Positions 1-8,330 of a DNA stretch of 32,000 nt are shown one piece after another. Source of the DNA: Bacillus subtilis subsp. subtilis str. 168 (GTDB lineage: Bacteria > Bacillota > Bacilli > Bacillales > Bacillaceae); NCBI RefSeq assembly GCF_000009045.1, contig NC_000964.3, positions 3,420,001 through 3,452,000 of the forward strand, in the 5' to 3' direction. Position numbers and translations under genes: made by a program. The notes under the pieces were generated by a model that made no database searches, was not told the DNA's origin, and saw nothing but the letters and a program-made list of their open reading frames with translations. Within the stretch, counting starts at the first letter, position 1. Each line of letters opens with the position of its first letter.

Positions 1-1065
1 TGTAATAATGAGTGCAATGACCGGACTTCCCTTTTTATTCGTTTTTGCAAAAAATGCCGGGAAATCTCCTGCTTTAGCGGCTTGGTATGGCACCTCAGAG
101 CCAAGCAAAATCCAGCCGAGCATCGTTCCGAATAAACAAAGGATAGCCAAAAGCGCCATAATCACGCTTCCCGCGTTTCCAACAATCGCATAGAGTACAT
201 CAACAAATGGTTTTTCAGAGCCGACAAGCTTATCATGCGGCAGAACACCCATCGTAATTAAAGTCACAATAATATATATGCTCAAGGCAATCAGCAAGCC
301 GGTAATTGTCGCACGTTTCACATCACGCTGAGAGCGCGCACGGCCGGACAGGATCACCGCGGATTCAATTCCGACAAACGCCCACAGTGTAGAAATCGCA
401 GCGTTATGAACCTGGCCACCAATTCCAATGCTTGTGCCGTTTTCTCCTTGAACCGGGAAATAAAAATGACCGAATAATGACGTTTGAAACACAAACAAAC
501 CGGCAACGATAAAGAAGACAAAACCTAATACTTTAGAAAGCGTTGTGACAAAGTTTAATTTACTTGCGCCGTTAATGCTGGCAACAAGAATCGCGTGCGT
601 TCCCCATAACAAGATCGTACATACGGCAAACGTCAGTAATTGGCCGAGTGTCACCTCTTGCCCGCCGATCGAAAACATCTCACGTTTATCAACCAAGATC
701 GGGAAGAACGAAGTCAAGTAACCGGCGAGACTTGTGATGATCGCCACGTTACTGATCCAGCTCGCCACCCAGTAGCCCCACACCATTGTGAAACCGGCAG
801 CGTTGCCTTTTTTCGGGTCAGAAAACAGCGCTCTTGCATAACTTTGCGGTCCCGCTGTCAGTTCAGGCTTGCGAATGGACAAGTGTCCGAACACAAGTGC
901 AATCATCAGCACGCCGGCACCTGTCAAAAGCCAGGCGGACGTAGCTCCAAACGGACTCGCAATTGAAGCAAGCGAGCTCGGCAAGGAGAAAATTCCTGAT
1001 CCAACCATATTTCCAACGACAAACGCCGTTAATAACCAAAAACCCCATTTTTTTGTCTGTTCCAT
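1..1065 (-). CDS. yvsH: Amino-acid permease (APC superfamily; lysine or arginine/ornithine antiporter-like), YvsH; 3' end truncated by window edge
   Basis: Long open minus frame from ATG at 1065 (MEQTKKWGFWLLTAFVVGNMVGSGIFSLPSSLA...) to base 1, missing from the ORF track because it has no stop in the window; GGAGG RBS upstream; APC-family N-terminal GNMVGSGIF motif; preceded by an L-box. Confidence 0.9.
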   Translation of the reverse strand, partial: MEQTKKWGFWLLTAFVVGNMVGSGIFSLPSSLASIASPFGATSAWLLTGAGVLMIALVFGHLSIRKPELTAGPQSYARALFSDPKKGNAAGFTMVWGYWVASWISNVAIITSLAGYLTSFFPILVDKREMFSIGGQEVTLGQLLTFAVCTILLWGTHAILVASINGASKLNFVTTLSKVLGFVFFIVAGLFVFQTSLFGHFYFPVQGENGTSIGIGGQVHNAAISTLWAFVGIESAVILSGRARSQRDVKRATITGLLIALSIYIIVTLITMGVLPHDKLVGSEKPFVDVLYAIVGNAGSVIMALLAILCLFGTMLGWILLGSEVPYQAAKAGDFPAFFAKTNKKGSPVIALIIT

Positions 1066-1118
1066 TCCAGTACCTCCATGATTCTTTGTACGGACCAGAC
1101 CCCGAGATCATATAAACG

Positions 1119-1149
1119 CAAAAAAAGCCTGAACAAAAGTCCATGCTTA
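1119..1149 (-). terminator. Intrinsic terminator (riboswitch expression platform) between L-box and permease
   Basis: Minus strand AAGC-A-TGGAC-TTTT-GTTCA-G-GCTT followed by TTTTTT; lies between aptamer and ATG. Confidence 0.7.
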
Positions 1150-1171
1150 AAGAAACACACACCCTTGATCT

Positions 1172-1347
1172 CCGGATAGCCCTCCGCGAAAAAGCACGCG
1201 GCAGTCCTGCACTTATTCAGATACAGTCCCAGCATAGAGAAGGATCGGCTTTCTCCACACTTCGGCGCTGATGCCTTTTACACATGTTTAACAGCCCCTG
1301 TCAGCCTAGCATGTGTGACTCATCATCCGCGCAACCTCTACCTCACT
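1172..1347 (-). promoter_or_regulatory. Lysine riboswitch (L-box) aptamer upstream of the permease
   Basis: Minus strand reads GAGGTAGAGGTTGCGCGG...GGCTGACAGGGGCTG...AAAAGGCATCAGCGCCGAAGTG...GCTGGGACTGTATCTGAATAAGTGCAGGACTGCC...GGAGGGCTATCC, which carries the conserved L-box blocks in the correct order. Confidence 0.9.
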
Positions 1348-1431
1348 GAGAAAGAGTGAGGATTTAATTATTCAGTTACTCCCAGAAGGTTATCAAAGAA
1401 AGGATGATCTGTCAAAGGGAACAGATGGAAA

Positions 1432-1460
1432 ATACGGATAGAGCCAAGCCCTATCCGCAT
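1432..1460 (-). terminator. Intrinsic terminator downstream of sspJ
   Basis: Minus strand CGGATAGGGCTTGGCTCTATCCGTATTTT: strong stem with a short T-rich tail. Confidence 0.7.
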
Positions 1461-1464
1461 GTGG

Positions 1465-1605
1465 TTATCGATTATTTTTCTTTTTTTGCACAGCTTCTTG
1501 AAGCGGATCATCTTTTAGAGCTGAACCAGCATCTTCAAGAGCTCCTTGGATTACGTTTTTTTCTTTTTCGGAACGTTTTCCTTTATCTTTATTAAAGAAA
1601 CCCAT
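1465..1605 (-). CDS. sspJ: Small acid-soluble spore protein SspJ (46 aa)
   Basis: Minus-strand ORF MGFFNKDKGKRSEKEKNVIQGALEDAGSALKDDPLQEAVQKKKNNR*, ideal RBS AGAGGTGAT; below the track size cutoff; matches recalled SspJ. Confidence 0.88.
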   Translation of the reverse strand: MGFFNKDKGKRSEKEKNVIQGALEDAGSALKDDPLQEAVQKKKNNR

Positions 1606-1771
1606 TCGTATCACCTCTTTTAAAAAATAGGTACATGTTTAAGATGCCTTTTTCCTGAAAAATTATGCGGGATATTTTTTATCGTCCAAAGTCCTGTTGA
1701 TCAAACATACATTCTCTTGATATATTTGTAATTCAGAGATTTTTTGCAAAAGATAAAAGGAGAAGCGGCAA

Positions 1772-2254
1772 ATGACAGGAAAAACACACATCATGGGAGG
1801 CATCGCTTCTTGTACGGCAGCGGCTTATTATTATGGATTTGATCCAGTGCTTATGGCTGCGTCAGGCGCGGTTGGAGCATTAATACCCGATATCTGCCAC
1901 ACACAAAGCAAAATCGGGAGAAAATTTCCTATTTTATCGAAAGTGGTCAGCTCCGTTTTTGGCCATCGCACCTTTACACACAGCCTGCTGTTTATGCTCA
2001 TCATGTTTTTTATCACTTCTACATACATTCCAGATAAAAACATATCAGCCGGCCTGATGATCGGAATGGCGAGCCACTTGATTCTTGACGCTTGGACGGT
2101 GAACGGAATCAAATTATTATTCCCTTCCACGATCCGCGTTCGGCTTCCATTATATATGAAGACAGGCAGTTTTTCTGAGCAGCTCGTGCTAGCCGGCCTG
2201 ACCCTTGCTTCATGTTACTACTTTTATATGCTGTTTCATGGCCGCATGTTTTAA
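1772..2254 (+). CDS. yvsG: Membrane-bound metal-dependent hydrolase family protein (YdjM/DUF457-like), YvsG
   Basis: 160 aa ORF with MTGKTHIMGG..., HRTFTHSLLF motif and hydrophobic segments. Confidence 0.8.
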   Translation: MTGKTHIMGGIASCTAAAYYYGFDPVLMAASGAVGALIPDICHTQSKIGRKFPILSKVVSSVFGHRTFTHSLLFMLIMFFITSTYIPDKNISAGLMIGMASHLILDAWTVNGIKLLFPSTIRVRLPLYMKTGSFSEQLVLAGLTLASCYYFYMLFHGRMF

Positions 2255-2353
2255 ACATGAGTGCTGAGACTTGTCTGAACCGGCTGTTTTTAGTAGGTTT
2301 TACTTAAGAAGCATTTCATGCAGATGATCAAGAAAACGTGAGGAGTCATATTG

Positions 2354-4207
2354 ATGAAAGGAACCTTTTTTCACAATCAGCGGTTTTTATGTTTTTCGAT
2401 CTTATTTATGTGGATCAAAACGTATGTGATATATAAACTCGGCTTTGATTTGCAAATCGATACTCTGTTGGAGGAGCTAATGCTGCTGGTCAACCCGCTC
2501 AGCTTTATTCTTCCTTTATTCGGGATCGGCCTGTTTCTAAAAGAAAACAAGCAGCGGGCCTTTTTGCTGATTGCCAATTTGGTTCTGACTGTTATCTTGA
2601 TCTCTAATACGATTTTTTACGGCTTTTATATCGATTTTATTACCATCCCGGTTTTATTTCAGGCCAGCAACATGAGCGATATGGGCAGCAGTGTAAAAGA
2701 ACTGTTCCATCCTCTGTTTATCGCCCTGTTTGTGGATTTGGTTTTTCTGCTGTTGTTCGCCAGAAAAACCAAACACCCACAGACAAAAGCCGCTCCCCAC
2801 ACGATCAAACGGTACTATGCAGCTTCCTGCGGAATGCTTTTATGCACACTGGCACTTGCAGAAGTACAGCAGCCGAAGCTTTTGGCACATTCTTTTGACC
2901 GGGAAATGCTAGTCAAAAGCATCGGCCTGTTTCAGTTCCATATTTACGATACAATTTCTCAGACTGTTAATATCAGCGCGAAAGCTTTTGCCGATGAAGA
3001 CAGTATAACTGCCATTAAAAACTACACAGAGGCTGATTACAGCAAGCCTGATCAAAGCAAATTCGGTCTTGCAAAGGGGCGCAATGTCATCTTTGTAACA
3101 CTTGAGTCGACCCAAAGCTTTGTTCTGAATGAAAAAGTAAATGGAAAAGAAATTACCCCATTTATGAATGATCTCATAAAAAAAAGCTATTCCTTTGATC
3201 ATTTCTATCAGCAAACAGAACAAGGCAAAACATCAGATTCAGAATTTATCGTCGCTAACTCACTGTATCCCTCCCTTAGCGGCGCCGTCTTTTTCACGAA
3301 AAGCGACCATCAATTTCATACGATGTATAAATCGCTGAAGCAGCACGATTATTATTCAGCCGTCTTTCACGCTAACCATAAAACATTTTGGAACAGAGAT
3401 GTCATGTACGATACATTTGGCATTGACCGCTTTTTTGATGTTGATGATTTTCATGTCACTCCCGGGACATCGACAAGCTGGGGCTTAAAAGACAAAGAAT
3501 TTTTAGAGCAGTCCGCCAAAAAGCTGAAAAGCCTACCGCAGCCGTTCTACAGCAGTTTTATCACGTTAACGAATCATTTTCCGTTTGAGATTGATGAAAA
3601 GGATCAGCTGATAGATGAATTCGATTCAAGCAGTGATCTGTTAAACCGCTATGTGACCACGGTTCGCTATGAGGATGAAGCATTGAAGCATTTTATCAAA
3701 AAACTGAAGGACGAAGGCTTATACGAAAATTCGATGATCGTATTTATGGGAGATCATTACGGCATTTCTGAAGCCCATAACGAGGCAATGGCTGAGTTTT
3801 TAGGGAAAGACGAAATCACACCGTATGACAACGTTCAGCTCCAGCGGGTGCCGTTTATCATACATATCCCGGGAATCACCGATCAACAGCCGGAAACCAT
3901 CCCTGATGCCGGGGGACAGGTCGACGTCAGGCCGACGCTGATGCATTTGCTCGGCGTTGAGACAAAAGGCGATATCCAATTCGGCAATGATTTGCTGTCG
4001 GGCGACCGCACCCCATTCGCCGTTCTGCGAAACGGCAGCTTTATTACGAACGATTATGTATACACAAAGAACACGTGCTATAGCCAAAAAACAGGTGAAG
4101 TGCTGGAAGATCAGGATGCGTGCCTCCCTTACAAGGAGAAAGCAAACGAAGAACTGTCTCTCTCTGATAAAATTTTAAATGGTGACCTGCTCAGGTTTTC
4201 CGAATGA
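2354..4207 (+). CDS. yvgJ: Lipoteichoic acid primase/LtaS-like sulfatase-domain membrane enzyme, YvgJ
   Basis: N-terminal TM helices, then LtaS-type domain with VTLESTQSFV, TSDSEFIVANSLYPSL, VFMGDHYG motifs; RBS GGAG just upstream. The track start at 2351 is TTG; ATG at 2354 is preferred. Confidence 0.87.
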   Translation: MKGTFFHNQRFLCFSILFMWIKTYVIYKLGFDLQIDTLLEELMLLVNPLSFILPLFGIGLFLKENKQRAFLLIANLVLTVILISNTIFYGFYIDFITIPVLFQASNMSDMGSSVKELFHPLFIALFVDLVFLLLFARKTKHPQTKAAPHTIKRYYAASCGMLLCTLALAEVQQPKLLAHSFDREMLVKSIGLFQFHIYDTISQTVNISAKAFADEDSITAIKNYTEADYSKPDQSKFGLAKGRNVIFVTLESTQSFVLNEKVNGKEITPFMNDLIKKSYSFDHFYQQTEQGKTSDSEFIVANSLYPSLSGAVFFTKSDHQFHTMYKSLKQHDYYSAVFHANHKTFWNRDVMYDTFGIDRFFDVDDFHVTPGTSTSWGLKDKEFLEQSAKKLKSLPQPFYSSFITLTNHFPFEIDEKDQLIDEFDSSSDLLNRYVTTVRYEDEALKHFIKKLKDEGLYENSMIVFMGDHYGISEAHNEAMAEFLGKDEITPYDNVQLQRVPFIIHIPGITDQQPETIPDAGGQVDVRPTLMHLLGVETKGDIQFGNDLLSGDRTPFAVLRNGSFITNDYVYTKNTCYSQKTGEVLEDQDACLPYKEKANEELSLSDKILNGDLLRFSE

Positions 4208-4237
4208 AAAAATCCCTCTATCAAGAGGGATTTTTTA
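4208..4237. terminator. Bidirectional intrinsic terminator between convergent yvgJ and yvgK
   Basis: AAAAAATCCCTC-TATCAA-GAGGGATTTTTT perfect stem with A/T tracts either side. Confidence 0.9.
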
Positions 4238-5170
4238 CGTTTCCAATATCACCTTGCCAGTCAGCTTCGTTTCATAGCCGTTTAAATGAGACAGATTCGC
4301 CTTGTAGTCCTCAGAATTCAAAATCTCCTTCACGGCTTTGAGCAACTGCTCATTTTTTTTCAAAACAACGATATCATATTGTTCGTCGATGAGCGGGATA
4401 AAATCAACACTGCCCATATGTGCCGCGTGCTGTGCCCCGATTCCCGCGTCAGCCTGTCCGCTTGAAACTTGTGAAGCGGCAGCGTAATGATCAGTCACGA
4501 TATCGCCATATCCCACTACATCAGCCGGATTCACACCAAGCAAGCCAAGCTGTTCATCAAGGAGCACCCTTGCGCCAGAACCCTTTTCCCTGTTGATGAT
4601 CCGGATATCGGCTCTTTTCAAGTCTTTCCAGCCTTGAATGTTTTTCGGATTCCCTTTTTGCACATACAGTCCTGCTTTGCGGAGAACGACATTGATGAGA
4701 CAAAACGGTTCACCTGTCAAAATCCGTTTTACATAAGGCGCGTTATACTGGCCCGTTTCTGCATCGTACAAATGGAGGCTGACAATGTCACACTTGCCTT
4801 GATACATATCAATCAGGCTGTTTAAGCTTCCTTTGTATTTACGGAGCGGCGTCTCCTGAATGGCATTCTCCAAATGCTTGCTGAGGATATCCATCGAAAT
4901 GTCCTGTCCGCTGATCATGACATTTGGTCTGCCGTCCGGCTCAGCCTCCTGCACCTGTTTCGGCGCTTCTTTTGCAGCGATGGGCTGAGACATTCTCATA
5001 TTCGTTTTATATTGCTTTAAATCTTCTTCATCCACACGCATCTGCCTTCCGACACGGTAAGCAGGCAGCACGCCTTTTTTAATCAAGTCATAAACGGTCA
5101 GCTTTGATACCTTCAGCAGACCTGCAACTTCTTCTATCGTATAGGAAGAGGTTTCATTCATCATCATCAC
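4235..5170 (-). CDS. yvgK: MerR/excisionase-type HTH fused to a PBP-like (molybdate-binding-type) domain; putative transcriptional regulator YvgK
   Basis: N-terminal SYTIEEVAGLLKVSKLTVYDLIKKGVLPAYRVGRQMRV (DNA-binding HTH), C-terminal type-2 periplasmic-binding-protein-like domain (GSGARVLLDEQLG, ADAGIGAQHAAH). Four consecutive ATGs make the exact start uncertain. Confidence 0.82.
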   Translation of the reverse strand: MMMMNETSSYTIEEVAGLLKVSKLTVYDLIKKGVLPAYRVGRQMRVDEEDLKQYKTNMRMSQPIAAKEAPKQVQEAEPDGRPNVMISGQDISMDILSKHLENAIQETPLRKYKGSLNSLIDMYQGKCDIVSLHLYDAETGQYNAPYVKRILTGEPFCLINVVLRKAGLYVQKGNPKNIQGWKDLKRADIRIINREKGSGARVLLDEQLGLLGVNPADVVGYGDIVTDHYAAASQVSSGQADAGIGAQHAAHMGSVDFIPLIDEQYDIVVLKKNEQLLKAVKEILNSEDYKANLSHLNGYETKLTGKVILET

Positions 5171-5231
5171 TCTCCTATTTTATTATACCTTTTCGCCGAA
5201 TGTAAAAAAACCCACATAAACCAAACATAAT

Positions 5232-5255
5232 CAGTTATAATTAGTTATATCTAAT
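5232..5255. promoter_or_regulatory. Candidate operator/promoter in yvgK-modA divergent intergenic region
   Basis: AGTTATA repeated at 5233-5239 and 5243-5249 (10-bp phase) plus inverted repeat ATTAG-TTATAT-CTAAT (5240-5255), overlapping a TATAAT at 5236-5241. Confidence 0.4.
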
Positions 5256-5271
5256 GATAAGGGGTGCAATC

Positions 5272-6054
5272 ATGTTTAAGAAGTATTCTATTTTCATCGC
5301 AGCCTTAACTGCTTTTCTGCTTGTAGCAGGCTGTTCTTCAAACCAGTCTTCAACGGACAGCGAGAAAAAAGTAACGTTAACCATCTCAGCTGCCGCCAGC
5401 GCGCAGGATGCACTTGAGGAAATCCAAAAAAATTATGAAAAAGATCATCAACATATAACCATCCAAGATAACTATGGCTCATCCGGCGCCTTGCAAAAAC
5501 AGATTTCTCAAGGAGCAGGAGCAGATCTGTTCTTCTCAGCTGCTGAGGATAAATTTAAAAAGCTGGTGGATGATGGAGATATCGCAAAAAAAGACAGCAC
5601 TGAATTAGTCGGTAATGAAATTGTGCTGGTCGTACCGAAAAACGGAGATTCACCTGTGACAAGCTTCAGCAATCTGGCTGAATCAGAAAAAATCGCTCTT
5701 GGCACTCCGGAATCCGTACCGGCAGGAGCTTATGGGAAAGAATCACTGACAAAGCTGTCTTTATGGGACAAAGTGAAGGATAAAATTGTGTATGGAAAAG
5801 ACGTTCGCCAAGTTCTTTCTTATGTTGAAACCGGCAATGTAGACGCAGGTGTTGTTTATAAAACAGATGCCCTAGTCTCGAAAAAGGTCAACATTGTTGA
5901 CGAGGCAAAAGCAGATACACACAGCCCAATTGTCTATCCGTTAGGAATCGTAAAAGATACAAAACACCGTAAGGAAGCGAAGGAATTTTACGAATACCTG
6001 CAATCTGATGAAGCAATGAAAGTATTTGAGAAATATGGCTTTACTGCCGAGTAG
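5272..6054 (+). CDS. modA: ModA-type molybdate ABC transporter substrate-binding lipoprotein (YvgL)
   Basis: Signal peptide with lipobox LLVAGC, ModA-type sequence (AAASAQDALEEIQKNYE, IQDNYGSSGALQKQI, VYKTDAL). ATG at 5272 is preceded by AAGGGG; the track's 5254 start is less likely. Confidence 0.87.
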   Translation: MFKKYSIFIAALTAFLLVAGCSSNQSSTDSEKKVTLTISAAASAQDALEEIQKNYEKDHQHITIQDNYGSSGALQKQISQGAGADLFFSAAEDKFKKLVDDGDIAKKDSTELVGNEIVLVVPKNGDSPVTSFSNLAESEKIALGTPESVPAGAYGKESLTKLSLWDKVKDKIVYGKDVRQVLSYVETGNVDAGVVYKTDALVSKKVNIVDEAKADTHSPIVYPLGIVKDTKHRKEAKEFYEYLQSDEAMKVFEKYGFTAE

Positions 6055-6718
6055 CATAAGCGCTTCAGAATTTTTCACACCCGTTGTGCTTTCCTTTCAG
6101 GTGGCGGCAGTTGCCGGAATTGTTGTCATTATTCTCGGAACACTTGCTGGAGCATGGATGTCACGGGCATCATTTTTCGGAAAAACGGCACTCGAAACAT
6201 GTTTTATGCTTCCGCTCGTTCTTCCGCCTACTGTTGTCGGTTTTATTCTGATCGTCATTTTCGGAAAGCACAGCTTCATCGGACAAGCCATCGAGTGGAT
6301 TTTCCAGCAGCCTGTCATTTTCACCTGGTGGGCCGCTGTGATCGCCTCGGCTGTTGTAGCCTTTCCGCTTATGTATCAATCAGCCAAAACCGGATTTGCT
6401 GACATTGATCCCGATATACAAGGTGCGGCAATGGTAGACGGCGCTAGCAGATGGAAAGTGTTTATCCATATCTCCGTCCCGCTTGCCTATCCTTCGTTAC
6501 TGACCGGAAGCATCCTTAGCCTTGCGCGGGCGCTCGGAGAATTTGGCGCAACACTCATGTTTGCAGGAAACATCCCCGGTGTTACGCAAACACTGCCGAC
6601 GGCGATATATGTCGCATTGGATTCCGGCAACAATACCCTTGCTTGGGCGTGGGTCGTCTGTATTGTTGTCATTTCCTTTTTGATGCTGTTTTTCATTCAA
6701 CAGAAAAAAACGCACTAA
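6026..6718 (+). CDS. modB: ModB-type molybdate ABC transporter permease (YvgM)
   Basis: ORF overlaps end of modA; MLPLVLPPTVVGF and the EFGATLMFAGNIPG permease motif typical of ModB. Alternative ATG at 6035. Confidence 0.87.
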   Translation: MRNMALLPSSISASEFFTPVVLSFQVAAVAGIVVIILGTLAGAWMSRASFFGKTALETCFMLPLVLPPTVVGFILIVIFGKHSFIGQAIEWIFQQPVIFTWWAAVIASAVVAFPLMYQSAKTGFADIDPDIQGAAMVDGASRWKVFIHISVPLAYPSLLTGSILSLARALGEFGATLMFAGNIPGVTQTLPTAIYVALDSGNNTLAWAWVVCIVVISFLMLFFIQQKKTH

Positions 6719-6747
6719 AAAAACTCCCCATAACGGGGAGTTTTTTG
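6717..6747. terminator. Intrinsic terminator between modB-like gene and yvgN (bidirectional)
   Basis: AAAAAACTCCCC-ATAA-CGGGGAGTTTTTT. Confidence 0.88.
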
Positions 6748-6748
6748 A

Positions 6749-7579
6749 TTAAAACAGAAGCTCATCAGGATTTGGACCGACACGCTCATCTTTATTTAAT
6801 GCGTCAATTTTGTCCATGTCTTCTTGAGACAATTCGAAATCAAAAATATCAGCGTTTTCGATGATACGGTGTTCTTTAATGGATTTTGGAATGGTTACAA
6901 CTCCATGCTGCAGATCCCAGCGCAAAATCACTTGAGCCACAGATTTATTGTGTTTTTCAGCAATCTGTGTCAGTACTTCGTTATCCAAAAGCTGTCCCTG
7001 CATGAGCGGAGACCACGCTTCCAGCTGAATGCCTTGCCCTTTGCAGTAATCTCTTAATTCTTTTTGCGTCAAGCGAGGGTGAAATTCAACTTGGTTCACC
7101 ATCGGTTTGATTTCAGCATCTTTCAACAGCTCTTCTAAATGATGAACTTGGAAATTGCTGACGCCGATCGCGCGAATTTTGCCGTCTTTGTACAGCTTTT
7201 CAAGCGCGCGCCATGTATCTTTATATTTATCTTTGCCAGGCCAATGGATCAAATATAAATCTAAGTAATCAAGCTGCAGTCTTTCTAGGCTTTTTTCAAA
7301 GGCAGCAAGCGTTGTTTCATAGCCTTGATCTTCATTCCACACTTTTGATGTGATGAAGAGCTCTTCTCTTGCCACACCGGATTCTTTAATCCCGATGCCA
7401 ACGCCTTCTTCATTTTTGTAGATCGCTGCTGTATCAATACTGCGATAGCCATTTTTAATTGCCGCTTTCACTGATTCAGTCGCTTCATTACCATTTTCTA
7501 CTTTAAAAACGCCCAGACCGAACCAAGGCATTTCAACTCCGTTATGTAACTTTACAGTATCTTTTAAACTTGTTGGCAC
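6749..7579 (-). CDS. yvgN: Aldo/keto reductase YvgN (glyoxal/methylglyoxal reductase)
   Basis: AKR fold signatures [40 protein letters not shown] at 7579 gives 276 aa starting at [13 protein letters not shown]; the track's 7591 start adds 4 aa. Confidence 0.88.
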   Translation of the reverse strand: MPTSLKDTVKLHNGVEMPWFGLGVFKVENGNEATESVKAAIKNGYRSIDTAAIYKNEEGVGIGIKESGVAREELFITSKVWNEDQGYETTLAAFEKSLERLQLDYLDLYLIHWPGKDKYKDTWRALEKLYKDGKIRAIGVSNFQVHHLEELLKDAEIKPMVNQVEFHPRLTQKELRDYCKGQGIQLEAWSPLMQGQLLDNEVLTQIAEKHNKSVAQVILRWDLQHGVVTIPKSIKEHRIIENADIFDFELSQEDMDKIDALNKDERVGPNPDELLF

Positions 7580-7755
7580 TTGAACCTCCACCCTTTCACT
7601 GAAATGTAAGCGTCTATATTATCTCACATTCCTCTCAGCCGATACCAATAATACGCTTAAGACCCTCTTTTTGCTTCTTTTTTCACAGCACAGGCAAATC
7701 CAAACACTATTTTTTTCCTATTTTAACAATATTGAGATTACAAATACATTGAGCA

Positions 7756-7761
7756 GGGTAT
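7756..7761 (+). promoter_or_regulatory. Possible sigma-B type -10 (GGGTAT) for yvgO
   Basis: GGGTAT about 40 nt upstream of the yvgO start; the -35 match is poor by eye. Confidence 0.35.
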
Positions 7762-7801
7762 GCGTGTAGTGTAACCAAATGAAAACAAAGGAGGAAACAA
7801 C

Positions 7802-8287
7802 TTGAAACGTATTCGTATCCCAATGACACTTGCTCTTGGTGCCGCTTTGACAATTGCCCCTTTGTCCTTTGCTTCCGCTGAAGAAAATCCTGCTCCGAAG
7901 ATGTCGCAGACAACTACTGCTGGAACAACTGCCGCTGATGTAGGTTTAAACGTCAACCTGGATGTACTTGGAATTGCCAACCAGATCGCTGATGCCATCA
8001 AATCCGCACAGAATAGGGATGGCTTTGTGAAAAACCTCATGGAGTCTTCCTTCTACGCGTCCGGCCAAAAATATAACGTCATGGTCTTTAATTTAAGCCA
8101 GGAATATGAAGATCATTTGAACGGTGTGCAATTTTACGGCTCAGCCGTTTACGACGGCATTACGTATGGCATTTGGGTATTTGAAGATGGAACCTTTACA
8201 AACAAAGGCGATGGCGGCTGGATCAACTGGGCCTTCAGAGGCTGGTTCGACCGGGATGGCAGCACTGTCGCATTTCATCGCCCTTAA
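7802..8287 (+). CDS. yvgO: Secreted stress-related protein YvgO
   Basis: 161 aa, Sec signal peptide (MKRIRIPMTLALGAALTIAPLSFASAEE), TTG start with AAAGGAGG RBS. Confidence 0.85.
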   Translation: MKRIRIPMTLALGAALTIAPLSFASAEENPAPKMSQTTTAGTTAADVGLNVNLDVLGIANQIADAIKSAQNRDGFVKNLMESSFYASGQKYNVMVFNLSQEYEDHLNGVQFYGSAVYDGITYGIWVFEDGTFTNKGDGGWINWAFRGWFDRDGSTVAFHRP

Positions 8288-8289
8288 TA

Positions 8290-8325
8290 TAAAAAAAGCT
8301 GGCGCTCTAACGCCAGCTTTTTTTC
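8290..8325. terminator. Bidirectional intrinsic terminator between yvgO and nhaK
   Basis: AAAAAAAGCTGGCG-CTCTAA-CGCCAGCTTTTTTT. Confidence 0.93.
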
Positions 8326-8330
8326 TGCAT

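Noticed and set aside
863-1162. 99-aa minus-strand ORF and 869..1081 plus-strand ORF near the left edge
   Set aside because: The true permease frame (ATG 1065, open to base 1) explains this sequence; the listed ORFs are alternative frames over the permease N-terminus.
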